A stretch of 64,000 nt of DNA from an uncultured Ignavibacteriales bacterium. GTDB taxonomy: Bacteria; Zixibacteria; MSB-5A5; GN15; FEB-12. A program made the position numbers and the translations under genes. The stretch is taken from the NCBI GenBank assembly GCA_964503315.1, contig CAZCZL010000001.1, positions 186,514 through 250,513 of the forward strand. Direction: 5' to 3'. The notes beneath the pieces were generated by a model that was given only the letters and a program-made list of their open reading frames with translations, searched no databases and had not been told where the DNA came from. Below are positions 46,303 through 55,256 of the stretch, piece after piece (within the stretch, counting starts at the first letter, position 1; every line of letters begins with the position of its first letter).

Positions 46303-47405
46303 AGATATTTCGCCACCAGTGCCGCGGCGCGATCGCTGGCCCCTTGGCCGTGCAAAATCGAGGATAATCCCAGAAGATCCCGGCGTACTGTCTCGTACTC
46401 ACCTTGGTTCTGCCAGATCCGCTCCATTTCGGACACCATGCGCTCGGGTGTGACGTCAGCCTGAATCAGTTCAGGAACAACCGTCTTCCCAAGCACAAGA
46501 TTTACTAAGCCAATCGATGGAATCTTGATCAGTCGTTTGGCTATCTGGTAGGTGATCCACCCGGTTTTATAGACAATGACCATAGGGCGCCCGATGAGGC
46601 CGGTCTCAAGTGTAGCGGTTCCCGACGCGGTTATGACCAGATCTGATTCAAATATGACTCGGCGAGCGTCGTTGAGAGAAATGGAAATGCCCTGTTCTCC
46701 GTGACCTGCCAGCGCGGCAGCGTAGTCAAAGCCGTTTTCGACCGCCGCGATGGTGGCAGTCGTGCCGTATTTCACGTTGAAGCGGGAGGCGGCCTCAATC
46801 ATAGGGCCGATCATCCGTTCAACCTCCTGACGTCGCGAACCCGGAAGCAAAGCTATTTTCTTTTTGCCGGGTGGCACTGAAGCGAGGTACTCCGCTGGAA
46901 TATCCTCAAGTAGATAGTGCCCCGCGAATTCCGACTTGATGCCATGCTGATCATAGAAAGGTTTTTCGAAGGGGAGGATGACAATCATCTCGTCTACGAG
47001 TTCACGGATCTGCGGAATGCGCTTTTTCCCCCATGCCCAAACCTGGGGAGAAATGTAGTAAATAATGGGGATGCCAAGATGTTTCACCCGTTTGGCGAGC
47101 CGCAGATTGAAGCCTGGATAGTCAACGAGCAGAATGCATTTCGGGCGTCGTGACTCAATGATAAACTCCGTACGGAGCATAAGTTCGCGGAAGTAGCCAA
47201 ATCGCTTGACGACCTCCCAGAACCCGAGCACGGCCAGGTCAGACGGGTCGGCCAGCAGCTCCTGCCCAGCCGCTTTGAGACGCGGTCCCCCCAATCCCAA
47301 CAGGGACAATTGCGGGTGTGTGGTCTTGAGCGATGCAACCAGACGCGCGGCGGCGTTGTCTCCTGACGGGTCACCTGCCGAGATGAATAACGATGGGTTA
47401 TCCAT
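46299..47405 (-). CDS. lpxB: Lipid-A-disaccharide synthase
   Basis: 368 aa. LFISAGDPSGDNAAARL at the N-terminus. Confidence 0.93.
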   Translation of the reverse strand: MDNPSLFISAGDPSGDNAAARLVASLKTTHPQLSLLGLGGPRLKAAGQELLADPSDLAVLGFWEVVKRFGYFRELMLRTEFIIESRRPKCILLVDYPGFNLRLAKRVKHLGIPIIYYISPQVWAWGKKRIPQIRELVDEMIVILPFEKPFYDQHGIKSEFAGHYLLEDIPAEYLASVPPGKKKIALLPGSRRQEVERMIGPMIEAASRFNVKYGTTATIAAVENGFDYAAALAGHGEQGISISLNDARRVIFESDLVITASGTATLETGLIGRPMVIVYKTGWITYQIAKRLIKIPSIGLVNLVLGKTVVPELIQADVTPERMVSEMERIWQNQGEYETVRRDLLGLSSILHGQGASDRAAALVAKYL

Positions 47406-48395
47406 TTAGTCTGTCTGTGCCACCAAATGCGAAATAGAGTTCAGACCGATCCGTTCAACCTCGAGCGCTACACGCAAGGCTTCGGTCGCCTCTTCCAATG
47501 AGACAGCGACTGAACTGTCATTGACTATAGCGTCAAGGAACGACTCAAGCTCAGCACCAAGCATATCTTTGCCGCTGTCCGCTTTCTTGACATACAGAAT
47601 ATCTTTGCCCGATTTGCCGAGTGGCACCCGCATGCCGAGATCATCGGCGCCGGTTGCCAAACGGTAGACATCGGCCTGTTTCACCGCCAGATCGAGGGAG
47701 AAATAGCCTGAGGGCTGGAATATCCGAAACTTCCGCATTGGTCGCAATGAGATGCGGGACGCGGTCAAATTGGCGACGGTGCCATTCTTGAAAGTCAGCC
47801 GCGCATTGGCAATATCCGGATGCTCGGAGACCACCGCGACCGCCGATGCCTGGATATCAACAAGCGGTGATTTTACGAAATGCAGGACAAGATCGATGTC
47901 GTGGATCATGAGATCGAGCACCACCGCGACATCGGTTCCACGCGGGTCAAATGCCGCCAATCTGTGCGCTTCGATAAACGAGGGTCGAATATCATAGGCG
48001 GCAAGCGCCTGGACCGCGGGGTTGAACCGTTCTATTTGCCCGACCGCGACTTTCACGCCATGCGTTTTCCCGAGTTCGATCAACTCAAGGGCTTGTTTAT
48101 GAGTGGAGGTTACGGGTTTTTCGATCAGGCAGTGCACGCCACGTTTGATCAAGTGCGAGGCGACCTCGTGATGCGCCGAGGTTGTCACCGCGATTGACAC
48201 GGCTTCAGCCTTCCCAGCCAACTGGTCAAGAGACTCGAAGGCAGTAGTATTGTACTCTTTGGCGAAGGACTGAACTCTCTCCGGGTCAGCATCGTAGACG
48301 CCGACCAGTTCGGCATTGGCCAGTTGAGCTATCCAACGAAGGTGGTGTTTGCCAAGCGCGCCGACACCAACTACAGCAGTCTTGATCTTTCTCAT
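47406..48395 (-). CDS. Gfo/Idh/MocA-family NAD-dependent oxidoreductase embedded in the lpx operon (GnnA-like candidate)
   Basis: 329 aa. Rossmann motif KTAVVGVGALGKHH and EKP motif (CLIEKPV). It is directly adjacent to the lpxB start. Confidence 0.8.
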   Translation of the reverse strand: MRKIKTAVVGVGALGKHHLRWIAQLANAELVGVYDADPERVQSFAKEYNTTAFESLDQLAGKAEAVSIAVTTSAHHEVASHLIKRGVHCLIEKPVTSTHKQALELIELGKTHGVKVAVGQIERFNPAVQALAAYDIRPSFIEAHRLAAFDPRGTDVAVVLDLMIHDIDLVLHFVKSPLVDIQASAVAVVSEHPDIANARLTFKNGTVANLTASRISLRPMRKFRIFQPSGYFSLDLAVKQADVYRLATGADDLGMRVPLGKSGKDILYVKKADSGKDMLGAELESFLDAIVNDSSVAVSLEEATEALRVALEVERIGLNSISHLVAQTD

Positions 48396-48517
48396 ATATC
48401 CCGGATGATGAACGTGGTGAAAAGCATAGTGGCAGGGAAACTAATACATAGTGAGTCCGGAGGAAAGCGCAAATATCCGGTTGCCGTCAAACAAGTTACG
48501 GGCTTCACATCCGCGAT

Positions 48518-49018
48518 CTATGACGTACGCTGGTCGGGAACTCGCAGCACCCTTAACAGATAGACAACCGGTAGAAAGATCAGCACTGCCACTATCAGCC
48601 AAATGGTCCAAAGAGGAATCGATGATTCTTTGCCTGCAGAGAGATCAATCACTTGCTGCAAAATAAGAACGAACATCACGTTTACCAGCCCCATGGTCAG
48701 CGCCATCATGCCATACACATGGTCGATCGACTTCGCCTTTCGCACTGCGTCCGCAAACCAGTATTCCTTGTTTGGCAGGTTGACGAGGGATGCGGGGAGC
48801 CGTCGCATGAGGAGTGGCACCAATGGCGGCATGATGTTTATCACCAGCATAGCCAGCCCGAAAGCGAGAAAGAACTCGTCTTTGGAGCCATACCCGTCAG
48901 GCGTTCCTTTGAGATTCATATGAGTGACCATCCGGTCCGGGAGTTCAGGATACGCGAGCGCCGCCTGTAGCAACAGGATCGCGAGAGAAAACAGCCAGAA
49001 GAGCTTTGGAGTCGTCAT
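48518..49018 (-). CDS. Membrane protein, DUF1648/SdpI-like
   Basis: 166 aa, four TM helices. N-terminal YPELPDRMVTHMNLKGTPDGYGSK resembles DUF1648. Family recalled only. Confidence 0.5.
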   Translation of the reverse strand: MTTPKLFWLFSLAILLLQAALAYPELPDRMVTHMNLKGTPDGYGSKDEFFLAFGLAMLVINIMPPLVPLLMRRLPASLVNLPNKEYWFADAVRKAKSIDHVYGMMALTMGLVNVMFVLILQQVIDLSAGKESSIPLWTIWLIVAVLIFLPVVYLLRVLRVPDQRTS

Positions 49019-49042
49019 GGACGTCTCCCCTTCAAGACAAAT

Positions 49043-49816
49043 CTATTTCACAATGCCGCGATTCGAGCGATTAAGGAAGGTCAGGACATTCTCGACCTCG
49101 GGGCACATCTCGATCTCACCCTTGATCCGCTCCAGCGCCTGAGTGGTATTCAGGCCGGAGAAGAAAAGGATCTTGAAAGTCTGCTCGAGAGTCTTGACGG
49201 TCTCGGCGGAGAAGCCGCGACGGCGCAGGCCGATCGAGTTGATGCCGACCACCTTGAGCGGATAACCTCCAACCAGCGCGTACGGGCAGACATCCTGCTG
49301 TACCCGGAATCCGCCGCCCACCATGCAATGCGCGCCGATCTTGACGAATTGGTGCACCGGCAGGACGCCGCCGAGAATGGCGTGATCATCGATCTCGACA
49401 TGCCCGGCCAGGTTGACGGAGTTCGCCATAATGACATTGTTTCCGACGATGCAGTCATGCGCGATATGTGCGTAGGCCATGATGAAACAATTCTGGCCGA
49501 CCACAGTCTGCATATGATATTTGGTGCCGCGATTGATGGTCGCGTACTCGCGCACAACCGTATTGTCGCCGATGATCGCTTTGGTCACTTCACCGCCGAA
49601 CTTGAGATCCTGCGGGTTGGTCCCGATCACCGCGCCATGGGATATCTTCACGTTTTTGCCCAGCACGGTCCCGGACGCGAGGAGTACCGATGAGCCTATT
49701 ACGGCGCCGGAGTCGATTGTGACATTGTCTTCGATCACGGCGTACGGTCCGACTGTCACATCGTCGGCCAGTTGTGCTTTGGGGGAAATGATCGCGGAGC
49801 TGTGAATTTTGGTCAT
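49043..49816 (-). CDS. lpxA: Acyl-ACP--UDP-N-acetylglucosamine O-acyltransferase
   Basis: 257 aa. It has an LbH domain plus the C-terminal helical domain (GLRRRGFS). Confidence 0.93.
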   Translation of the reverse strand: MTKIHSSAIISPKAQLADDVTVGPYAVIEDNVTIDSGAVIGSSVLLASGTVLGKNVKISHGAVIGTNPQDLKFGGEVTKAIIGDNTVVREYATINRGTKYHMQTVVGQNCFIMAYAHIAHDCIVGNNVIMANSVNLAGHVEIDDHAILGGVLPVHQFVKIGAHCMVGGGFRVQQDVCPYALVGGYPLKVVGINSIGLRRRGFSAETVKTLEQTFKILFFSGLNTTQALERIKGEIEMCPEVENVLTFLNRSNRGIVK

Positions 49817-51198
49817 CGGTCAATCACCATTGCCATGAAGTCGGCCTCGGTCACCAGCGTGTCTCCAACATAGGCATGTCCGCTCATCTTGCAGGTATTG
49901 CGTCGGAACGTCAGCATGTCGAGTTCGAAACGGAGTTGGTCGCCCGGAGTCACCGGCCGGCGGAATTTAGCGTTATCTATGGACATAAAATAAACGAGTT
50001 TGGTCTGAGGATTCTCAATGGCGTTCAATAGCAGGATCCCTCCCGCCTGGGCCATCGCCTCGAGAATGAGTACTCCCGGCATGATCGGGTGGCCCGGAAA
50101 ATGCCCCTGGAAGAACGGCTCATTGATGGTCACATTCTTGATCGCCACAACTCGCTTGTCCGGCTCGAGATCGAGAACTCGATCGATAAGGAGGAACGGG
50201 TATCGGTGCGGCATGATCTTGAGAATCGATTGAATATCGAAAAAGACTCCATTGGATGGATATCGCGAGGCGATCTGTTTCTTTTTGTACAGCTCGCGCA
50301 TCTTGCGAGCGAGCTCGACATTGGCCTTGTGTCCTGAACGCGCCGCCAAAACGTGACCTTTGAACGGAACTCCGATCAGGAAAAGGTCGCCGAGAAGATC
50401 CAGCGTCTTGTGTCGCACAGGCTCGTTGTAGAAACGAAGCGGAACATCGTTGATAATGCCGGTTTTCCCAACAAACGCCTTCTCCCGCAGATTGAGCGCC
50501 TTTTGGATGCGGTCCACCTCAACCTGTCCAAGGTCAGAGTCGTAAATGACCACCGCGTTATCCAAGCCGCCACCCTTTATCAGTCCGTGGGCCTTTAATT
50601 GCTCCACCTCGGAAAGGAAACAGAATGTCCGGGCCGGGGCAAACTCTTCAACGAACTCCTGCTCCAGATTCTGCAAAGTTGTGTACTGAGTACCGAGCGC
50701 CGGATTGCGGTAATCTATCAGGAAAGTAATGCGCAGGTCATCCGAAGGAGCCACTACCAGGTCGACGCCGCGATCTTTTTCCGCATACGTCATCGGCGAA
50801 TCGATCTCTAAGTAGTACTTATCTGCATCCTGATTCACGATGCCTGCTTCGAGTAACTTATCCACATACGGTTTGGCGGAACCATCGCCGATCGGAGGTT
50901 CGTTATTGTCCAACTCGACGATCATATTATCGATCTGGAGTCCCGCGAACGCCGCGAGGACATGCTCGACCGTGTGAACACGCGCTTCCCCCTGCTGTAA
51001 AGTCGTGCCGCGCGAGATATCGACCACGTGGTCAATATCGGCGATAACGGACGGCTTGCCGGGAATATCCGCGCGGACAAAGACAATGCCGTGATTCGGC
51101 GGAGCCGGACGGAACGTCATGGTACACGGATTGCCGGTATGCAACCCTATGCCGGATAAGGAGATTGGCGATTTAATGGTGCGCTGTTTATCAAACAT
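49813..51198 (-). CDS. lpxC-fabZ: Bifunctional UDP-3-O-acyl-GlcNAc deacetylase / 3-hydroxyacyl-ACP dehydratase
   Basis: 461 aa. The LpxC N-terminal half (GIGLHTG..., HTVEHVL) is fused to a FabZ hot-dog domain ([21 protein letters not shown]). Confidence 0.95.
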   Translation of the reverse strand: MFDKQRTIKSPISLSGIGLHTGNPCTMTFRPAPPNHGIVFVRADIPGKPSVIADIDHVVDISRGTTLQQGEARVHTVEHVLAAFAGLQIDNMIVELDNNEPPIGDGSAKPYVDKLLEAGIVNQDADKYYLEIDSPMTYAEKDRGVDLVVAPSDDLRITFLIDYRNPALGTQYTTLQNLEQEFVEEFAPARTFCFLSEVEQLKAHGLIKGGGLDNAVVIYDSDLGQVEVDRIQKALNLREKAFVGKTGIINDVPLRFYNEPVRHKTLDLLGDLFLIGVPFKGHVLAARSGHKANVELARKMRELYKKKQIASRYPSNGVFFDIQSILKIMPHRYPFLLIDRVLDLEPDKRVVAIKNVTINEPFFQGHFPGHPIMPGVLILEAMAQAGGILLLNAIENPQTKLVYFMSIDNAKFRRPVTPGDQLRFELDMLTFRRNTCKMSGHAYVGDTLVTEADFMAMVIDR

Positions 51199-51225
51199 AC
51201 TGTCGGTCGTTCAACGAGTTGCGAG

Positions 51226-51254
51226 AGTATACGCTAGCGCACAAGGCGGTTCAA
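51226..51254 (-). promoter_or_regulatory. Candidate promoter of the lpx operon
   Basis: On the minus strand: TTGAAC, 17 nt, TATACT, 27 nt upstream of ATG 51198. Confidence 0.45.
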
Positions 51255-51291
51255 GTACTTTTTGATGGATTACTGAATAGCCAATTCCCAG

Positions 51292-51320
51292 TTGACAGAA
51301 TGCCCGGCGGAGAACGTAAT
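51292..51320 (+). promoter_or_regulatory. Candidate divergent promoter for the 51361 gene
   Basis: TTGACA, 17 nt, CGTAAT. The ORF-track TTG start at 51292 is this -35 box. Confidence 0.35.
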
Positions 51321-51360
51321 TGCGGTTGATATCCTCGCGTCAACGTTTCCGGGAGTCCGT

Positions 51361-52263
51361 ATGCGCAGTCGTCTTTTTCTCTGCTTCGTTTTTCTTCTCT
51401 CCATTACGCTGTTAGGAATTGATTCGAGTCTAGCCCAAACAGGCTGGTGGTATCCGGAGTCAGGCTCGGCACTGATGCTGGAGATTCAGAAGCCTCACTA
51501 CAATTCTGAGTGGGATCCGAATCGAGGCGTCCTGAACACCGTCGGATTTGTCGGTGGCCGACATTATTTATCGAGAAACCTGATACTCATCTGGGAAGTA
51601 CCGTTCGTCAATCTGGATGTTCGCGAAGAGAATCGCCCATATTACTGGGAGTGCAGCTCTTACACGTGTTATTTTTGGTATGAAAGAGACCAGTTTTCGA
51701 TCGGCAATCCGCTCATCGGTTTGGAGCAGCCGTTCGGCAATGGCGGTTTTTTTGGCAGCGCGGATATCAGGTTGCCGTTAACAAGCGAAAGCGACTGGCC
51801 GGCGAACGCGCTGGGGATGACAACCTCTTTCGACCGGTTTGAGGCATTTTTCCCAAAGGTCTACACCATCAGCACTGACTTTGGATGGCGGGAGGTCGAT
51901 CCAAAAACCGCGCTCAATGCCCAGTTCACTCTCGGTACAAGTGCCGCGAGGTCTACGGAAGGCGGGGACGAGCTGCATGCCGACTACTCGCTCTTTGTCG
52001 GATTCACCGCCGGCAAGATAGCCTGCGGGAGTTTTACCGGCGGAAGGTTCCTTCTGTCCGGGAACGGGGGAAATGCTTCTGACCGACTGGTCACTTACGG
52101 GGGGCTGGTCGCTCGATTCAAACTGGGGGCGTTTGAACCGGGAGTACAGTGGCGCATCAACATTGATGAAGACCTCAGGCAGGGGATCGACTATGCGTTC
52201 GGGATGAATCTCGCCGTCTCGTTCGGCGTGCCATCGGATTATTCAGGAGACTACTGGAAATAG
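51361..52263 (+). CDS. Hypothetical secreted protein, possibly a beta-barrel
   Basis: ATG 51361 gives the signal peptide MRSRLFLCFVFLLSITLLGIDSSLAQ. GGGAG Shine-Dalgarno sequence. No family recognised. Confidence 0.6.
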   Translation: MRSRLFLCFVFLLSITLLGIDSSLAQTGWWYPESGSALMLEIQKPHYNSEWDPNRGVLNTVGFVGGRHYLSRNLILIWEVPFVNLDVREENRPYYWECSSYTCYFWYERDQFSIGNPLIGLEQPFGNGGFFGSADIRLPLTSESDWPANALGMTTSFDRFEAFFPKVYTISTDFGWREVDPKTALNAQFTLGTSAARSTEGGDELHADYSLFVGFTAGKIACGSFTGGRFLLSGNGGNASDRLVTYGGLVARFKLGAFEPGVQWRINIDEDLRQGIDYAFGMNLAVSFGVPSDYSGDYWK

Positions 52264-52280
52264 CGGAGAGCGGACAAATC

Positions 52281-53585
52281 TCAGAGAAGCTGACCTTCGA
52301 CAAAGTCATCCGAAGCGGCGGAGATCTGCACAGGGATAAGCCTCTTCCCCCCTTCGAGAGAAATCGGCAATCTTACCTTGATGAAATTATCCGCCACGCC
52401 AAAAAATTGATCATCATTGGGGCGTTTGTGTTCGGCAATGACCTCGAGTCGCTCACCGATCTGACGTCCATGCGCGCGGGCGCGATTTCGCTCTGAGATC
52501 TCTGACAGAATTGCATTTCGCTCTTTGATCACTTCGGGAGAGACCTTGTCACTCATACCGGAGGCTATTGTGCCGGGACGGTCGGAGTAGCTGAAGACAT
52601 GTAGATAGTCGATCAGATCGGCCTTAGCCAGACGTCGGGTCTGGGCAAAATCCGCGTCCGTCTCACCGGGAAATCCAACAATGACATCGGCGCCAACAAT
52701 TGTGTTCGGCTGTGCCTCTTTGACCGCGGTTACACGTTTGATATATGTGTTCTGGTCGTATGGCCGCTGCATCAGTTTGAGAATGCGCGAAGATCCGGAC
52801 TGCAGGGGGATGTGCATGTGGCGGCAGATGCGGCCCGATGATTCACGATAGACGTCAACTAAGTCATCCCGCACAGTCTGCGGCTCAATCGATGACAACC
52901 GGATGCGTTTGACCTCGGTGCGGTCCAGGATCATGCGGCAGAGCGCGGCGAGGTTCTTAGCCTGAGGTTCGACCTGGCGATTCTTGTAATGACCTAAATG
53001 CACGCCGGTCAGGACAATTTCATTGTAGCCTGAGCCCACAAGCGAGTTTATCTCGCCGATAATGTCATTTACCGGCCGGTTGCGGAGTCGTCCGCGGACA
53101 GTCGGGATAATGCAGAACGAGCACCACTGGTTGCAGCCATCTGACACTTTGAGCCAGGCGCGGTTGTGACCGTAGAAATCGGAGATATGCGTTGAGCAGG
53201 AACGATCCGGCTCGCGGTCGAACAGGTCGGGGAGTTGTGACGGCAATATCGACGCGATCTTCTCCTTCTCCTGGTTCTTGATCAGGACATGGACCCCGGT
53301 AATACCCCCAATTGTCTCAGGAGAGTTGTCGACATAACAGCCGGCGACCACCACTTTCCCCTGCGGATTCTCTCGCGCCGCCTTCTTGACCATCTGTCGA
53401 CAGTCGGAGTCGGCTCGGTGGGTGACCGTGCACGTGTTTATGATCGTCAGGTCTGCCTTCTCCCCCGGTTCGGCCCGACGGAAGCCGAACGGATACAACT
53501 CCGCGGCCATCTTTTCGGTCTCGTACTGATTGAGCCGGCATCCGAGGGTCTGGAGAGCGATCGTTTTCTGCTGCTGGTCTGCCAT
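52281..53585 (-). CDS. mtaB: tRNA t6A37 methylthiotransferase MtaB (radical SAM, MiaB family)
   Basis: The ORF track gives 53606. ATG 53585 gives MADQQQKTIALQTLGCRLNQYE.... The radical-SAM cysteines lie in CNQWCSFC. TATATT sits 9 nt upstream of the ATG. Confidence 0.85.
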   Translation of the reverse strand: MADQQQKTIALQTLGCRLNQYETEKMAAELYPFGFRRAEPGEKADLTIINTCTVTHRADSDCRQMVKKAARENPQGKVVVAGCYVDNSPETIGGITGVHVLIKNQEKEKIASILPSQLPDLFDREPDRSCSTHISDFYGHNRAWLKVSDGCNQWCSFCIIPTVRGRLRNRPVNDIIGEINSLVGSGYNEIVLTGVHLGHYKNRQVEPQAKNLAALCRMILDRTEVKRIRLSSIEPQTVRDDLVDVYRESSGRICRHMHIPLQSGSSRILKLMQRPYDQNTYIKRVTAVKEAQPNTIVGADVIVGFPGETDADFAQTRRLAKADLIDYLHVFSYSDRPGTIASGMSDKVSPEVIKERNAILSEISERNRARAHGRQIGERLEVIAEHKRPNDDQFFGVADNFIKVRLPISLEGGKRLIPVQISAASDDFVEGQLL

Positions 53586-53748
53586 AGCGGCCGGAATATA
53601 GTACAAAATGGAAGGGGGCGGGAGGGGATTTTGAAGGTGGTTCCGCCGCGCTGTCGAGAACCATATGGCAAATGGATTGTTAACTTCTTGCCTGATAAAT
53701 CGTCTAATAGGACAACTGGTACGTTATCGCCAAAAATGAGGCTACAAT

Positions 53749-54663
53749 ATGCGTTCGATTCTCTTCACTCTTCTGATAGTTACTGTCGGCGGACTCGCTG
53801 CCGCGCAGCAAGTGCCGGATTCGGCATTTCGGCCGAACATCCTCTCCCCCGCCTTTCCGCCGGATCTCGGGCCGGTGGTGATGATCGATGAAGCCCATCA
53901 CAATTTCCATACGGCAGGAGGGCGATACTACCCATTCGCCAATCTACTGCGACTGGATGGCTATCAGATACTTCCGTCAGCCTGTGCATTCACAGCGGAC
54001 TCATTAGCGCGCGGCACGATCCTGGTGATAGCCAACGCGCTCAATGAGAGAAATGTGGAAGACTGGTCGCTCCCGACACCATCAGCGTTCACACCTGACG
54101 AAATAGCGGCAGTAAAAGACTGGGTGAATAATGGCGGCTCACTGCTGTTGATCGCGGACCATATGCCGTTTCCGGGATGCGCTGAGGATCTTGCGCGTGA
54201 GTTCGGATTCACGCTCAATAACGGCTTTGCCGCCAAAGCGGATGCGCCGGGCGGAAACGACTATTTCCGCAGGTCGGATGGGACGCTCAATGAACATCCA
54301 ATCACCGCGGGCAAACTCAAAGGCGAGCGGATTGATTCCGTAGTCACCTTTACAGGCGAGGCGTTCACCGGAGATTCGACGGTGGTCGGGCTGCTGATCT
54401 TTGGGGAGAACATGGCATCGTACATGCCATCTGTCGCTTGGCAGTTCAGCGACAGCACACCCAAGGTTGATATCAAAGGCTGGTACCAGGCCGCGGTGCG
54501 AGAATTCGGTAAGGGTCGGGTGGCTGTGGTCGGCGAAGCGGCCATGTTTACCGCCCAACTGGCTGGTCAGGAACGTCGCCAGGTCGGGATGAGCCAGCCT
54601 GAGGCGGCCCAAAATCCACAGTTCCTGCTGAATATGATTCACTGGTTGAGCCGCATTTTGTAG
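53749..54663 (+). CDS. Hypothetical secreted protein (DUF4350/GATase1-like fold suspected)
   Basis: 304 aa. Signal peptide MRSILFTLLIVTVGGLAAAQ. VMIDEAHHNFH...GGSLLLIADH pattern. Family recalled only. Confidence 0.45.
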   Translation: MRSILFTLLIVTVGGLAAAQQVPDSAFRPNILSPAFPPDLGPVVMIDEAHHNFHTAGGRYYPFANLLRLDGYQILPSACAFTADSLARGTILVIANALNERNVEDWSLPTPSAFTPDEIAAVKDWVNNGGSLLLIADHMPFPGCAEDLAREFGFTLNNGFAAKADAPGGNDYFRRSDGTLNEHPITAGKLKGERIDSVVTFTGEAFTGDSTVVGLLIFGENMASYMPSVAWQFSDSTPKVDIKGWYQAAVREFGKGRVAVVGEAAMFTAQLAGQERRQVGMSQPEAAQNPQFLLNMIHWLSRIL

Positions 54664-54704
54664 ATTGTCTGAGTCTTTATTCAACTCAGCAGGGAGAAAT
54701 TGTC

Positions 54705-55160
54705 ATGGCCAAAGCATCGTCAAATTGGAAGAAAGGGCGCGGAAAACTCGGCCCGCTCGACCCGCTTATCGGAACCTGGACCGCCTCCGCCGACAGCCCG
54801 ATGGGGAAAGTGCAGTGCACCCGAACATTCACCTCCATCCTGAATGGCACCTTTGTTCAGCTTGAGGCGGAGTGGAAATTCGGCAAAGGTGCCTATCTCG
54901 AGCATGCGATCTATGGGCCGGGCGCTGATGGAACACTCGCGTTCTGGTCGTTCACATCCGACGGAAAACGCTCTGAGGGGAAGTTGGCCGATGGCACTGA
55001 CATTCACCCTGAAGCTGTCTGTTTTGAGGCTCAGATGCCGCAGGGCTTGGCGAGAATGATCTACTGGCCGAACGAGGACGGAACAGTTAGCTGGGCGGTG
55101 GAATCAAAGAATAAGAAGGGGTGGAAGCGGTTCACGGAACATAAGTACAAAAAGAGCTGA
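54705..55160 (+). CDS. Small hypothetical protein (DUF1579/lipocalin-like suspected)
   Basis: 151 aa. AGGGAGAA Shine-Dalgarno sequence. The family guess is weak. Confidence 0.4.
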   Translation: MAKASSNWKKGRGKLGPLDPLIGTWTASADSPMGKVQCTRTFTSILNGTFVQLEAEWKFGKGAYLEHAIYGPGADGTLAFWSFTSDGKRSEGKLADGTDIHPEAVCFEAQMPQGLARMIYWPNEDGTVSWAVESKNKKGWKRFTEHKYKKS

Positions 55161-55204
55161 GCTTATAGTCGACAGACGCCACTTAGAGATGACTTAGCAT
55201 ACAC

Positions 55205-55237
55205 AAAAAAACCCGGCTCCAAAAGGGCCGGGTTTTC
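55205..55237. terminator. Bidirectional rho-independent terminator
   Basis: AAAAAAACCCGGC-tccaaaagg-GCCGGGTTTT sits between convergent genes (54705-55160 on the plus strand and rpsA on the minus strand). Confidence 0.8.
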
Positions 55238-55256
55238 TATCTGCAAGCCGATTGGC

